Origin: an uncultured Muribaculaceae bacterium
GTDB taxonomy: Bacteria; Bacillota_I; Bacilli_A; RF39; UBA660
Length of the DNA: 64,000 bases
NCBI GenBank assembly: GCA_964546995.1
Contig: CAZJKO010000001.1
Coordinates: forward strand, 8,504 to 72,503
Direction: 5' to 3'
Below are positions 63,531-64,000 of this stretch, one piece after another (the stretch's first letter is position 1; every line of letters begins with the position of its first letter). A program made the translations under genes and the position numbers. The notes under the pieces are model-generated. The model was given only the letters and a program-made list of their open reading frames with translations, was not told where the DNA came from and searched no databases.

Positions 63531-64000
63531 GTGGAATATAAAGATTTAAATGATTATGAAATTCTTTATTTAGTGGAAGAAAACAATGAGGATGCGGTTT
63601 CTACTCTCTATGAGAAGTACCGTCCTGTCATCGAACGTTATGCCTATCAATACTATATGCGTTTTAAAAATCGAGGCGTTAGTTACGATGATTTCGTTCA
63701 AGAAGCGTATATTGGTTTTTATTCTTCGATTACCAAATTCGATAAAAATCGAGCAGTATTGTTCTATACTTTTGCGTGTATTTGTATTCAGAGTCGTCTT
63801 TATAATTATAGTAGGAAGTTTTTAACTTATAAAAAGGATGCTTCTTGTTACGTTTATTCTTACGATGATGAAATAGAGTCACTCGATCTTTCTTATTTCG
63901 AAGTGTTAGAAGACCCTCGGGATAATCCGGTTGAACTTTTAGATCAAGATTCTCTTTTTTGTTTTTTGATTTCCTTTAAACATGAATTATCTTTTAAACA
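63531..64000 (+). CDS. sigH: Sigma-H-like sigma-70 family factor (5' part; continues past the window)
   Basis: GTG start; region 2 similarity to B. subtilis SigH (DDFVQEAYIGFYSSITKFDKNRAVLFYTFACICIQSRL vs EDIVQEGMIGLYKSIRDFKEDKLTSFKAFAELCITRQI); the track ORF 63586-63825 is in a different frame. Confidence 0.7.
   Translation, partial: MEYKDLNDYEILYLVEENNEDAVSTLYEKYRPVIERYAYQYYMRFKNRGVSYDDFVQEAYIGFYSSITKFDKNRAVLFYTFACICIQSRLYNYSRKFLTYKKDASCYVYSYDDEIESLDLSYFEVLEDPRDNPVELLDQDSLFCFLISFKHELSFK

Noticed and set aside
63586-63825. 79-aa track ORF at the window end
   Set aside because: A different frame from GTG 63531 encodes a clear SigH-like sigma-70 region 2; the track ORF is a hydrophobic out-of-frame artefact.

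Overview
This window is the chromosomal replication-origin region of a low-GC (about one-third GC by eye) Bacillota (Firmicutes) genome. Gene order is Bacillus-like but compacted, and I found no rRNA operon or tRNA genes in it.

Genes left of about 11.7 kb are all on the minus strand (ychF, abgT, DUF951, spo0J, soj, noc-like, rsmG, mnmG, mnmE, jag, yidC, rnpA, rpmH). From dnaA at 12021 onward almost everything is on the plus strand (dnaA, dnaN, comK-like, recF, gyrB, gyrA, ffs, tadA, dnaX, ybaB, recR, bofA-like, holB, ricT, yabB, rsmI, pth, mfd, spoVT, metG, tatD, yabE-like, spoVG, yabP, yabQ, divIC, tilS, ftsH, dusB, lysS, clpC, gltX, cysS, mrnC, rlmB, sigH-like). DnaA-box clusters flank dnaA on both sides, giving a bipartite oriC.

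The main non-core content is:
- four perfect parS palindromes clustered in a 1.25-kb AT-rich spacer after gyrA;
- a small SRP RNA with its own promoter;
- a T-box leader on metG;
- a locus between the yabE-like 3D-domain gene and spoVG encoding three paralogous TasA/CalY(camelysin)-like secreted proteins, a SipW-type signal peptidase and two unknown membrane proteins;
- a ComK homolog sitting between dnaN and recF;
- a frameshifted IS605-family TnpB with an omega-RNA-like structured tail;
- several conserved proteins with unusual extensions (Noc-like ParB, FtsH, LemA).

Sporulation-associated genes (spoVT, spoVG, yabP/Q, bofA-like, ricT, sigH-like) suggest a spore-forming or recently spore-forming lineage, possibly Erysipelotrichia-like (low confidence).
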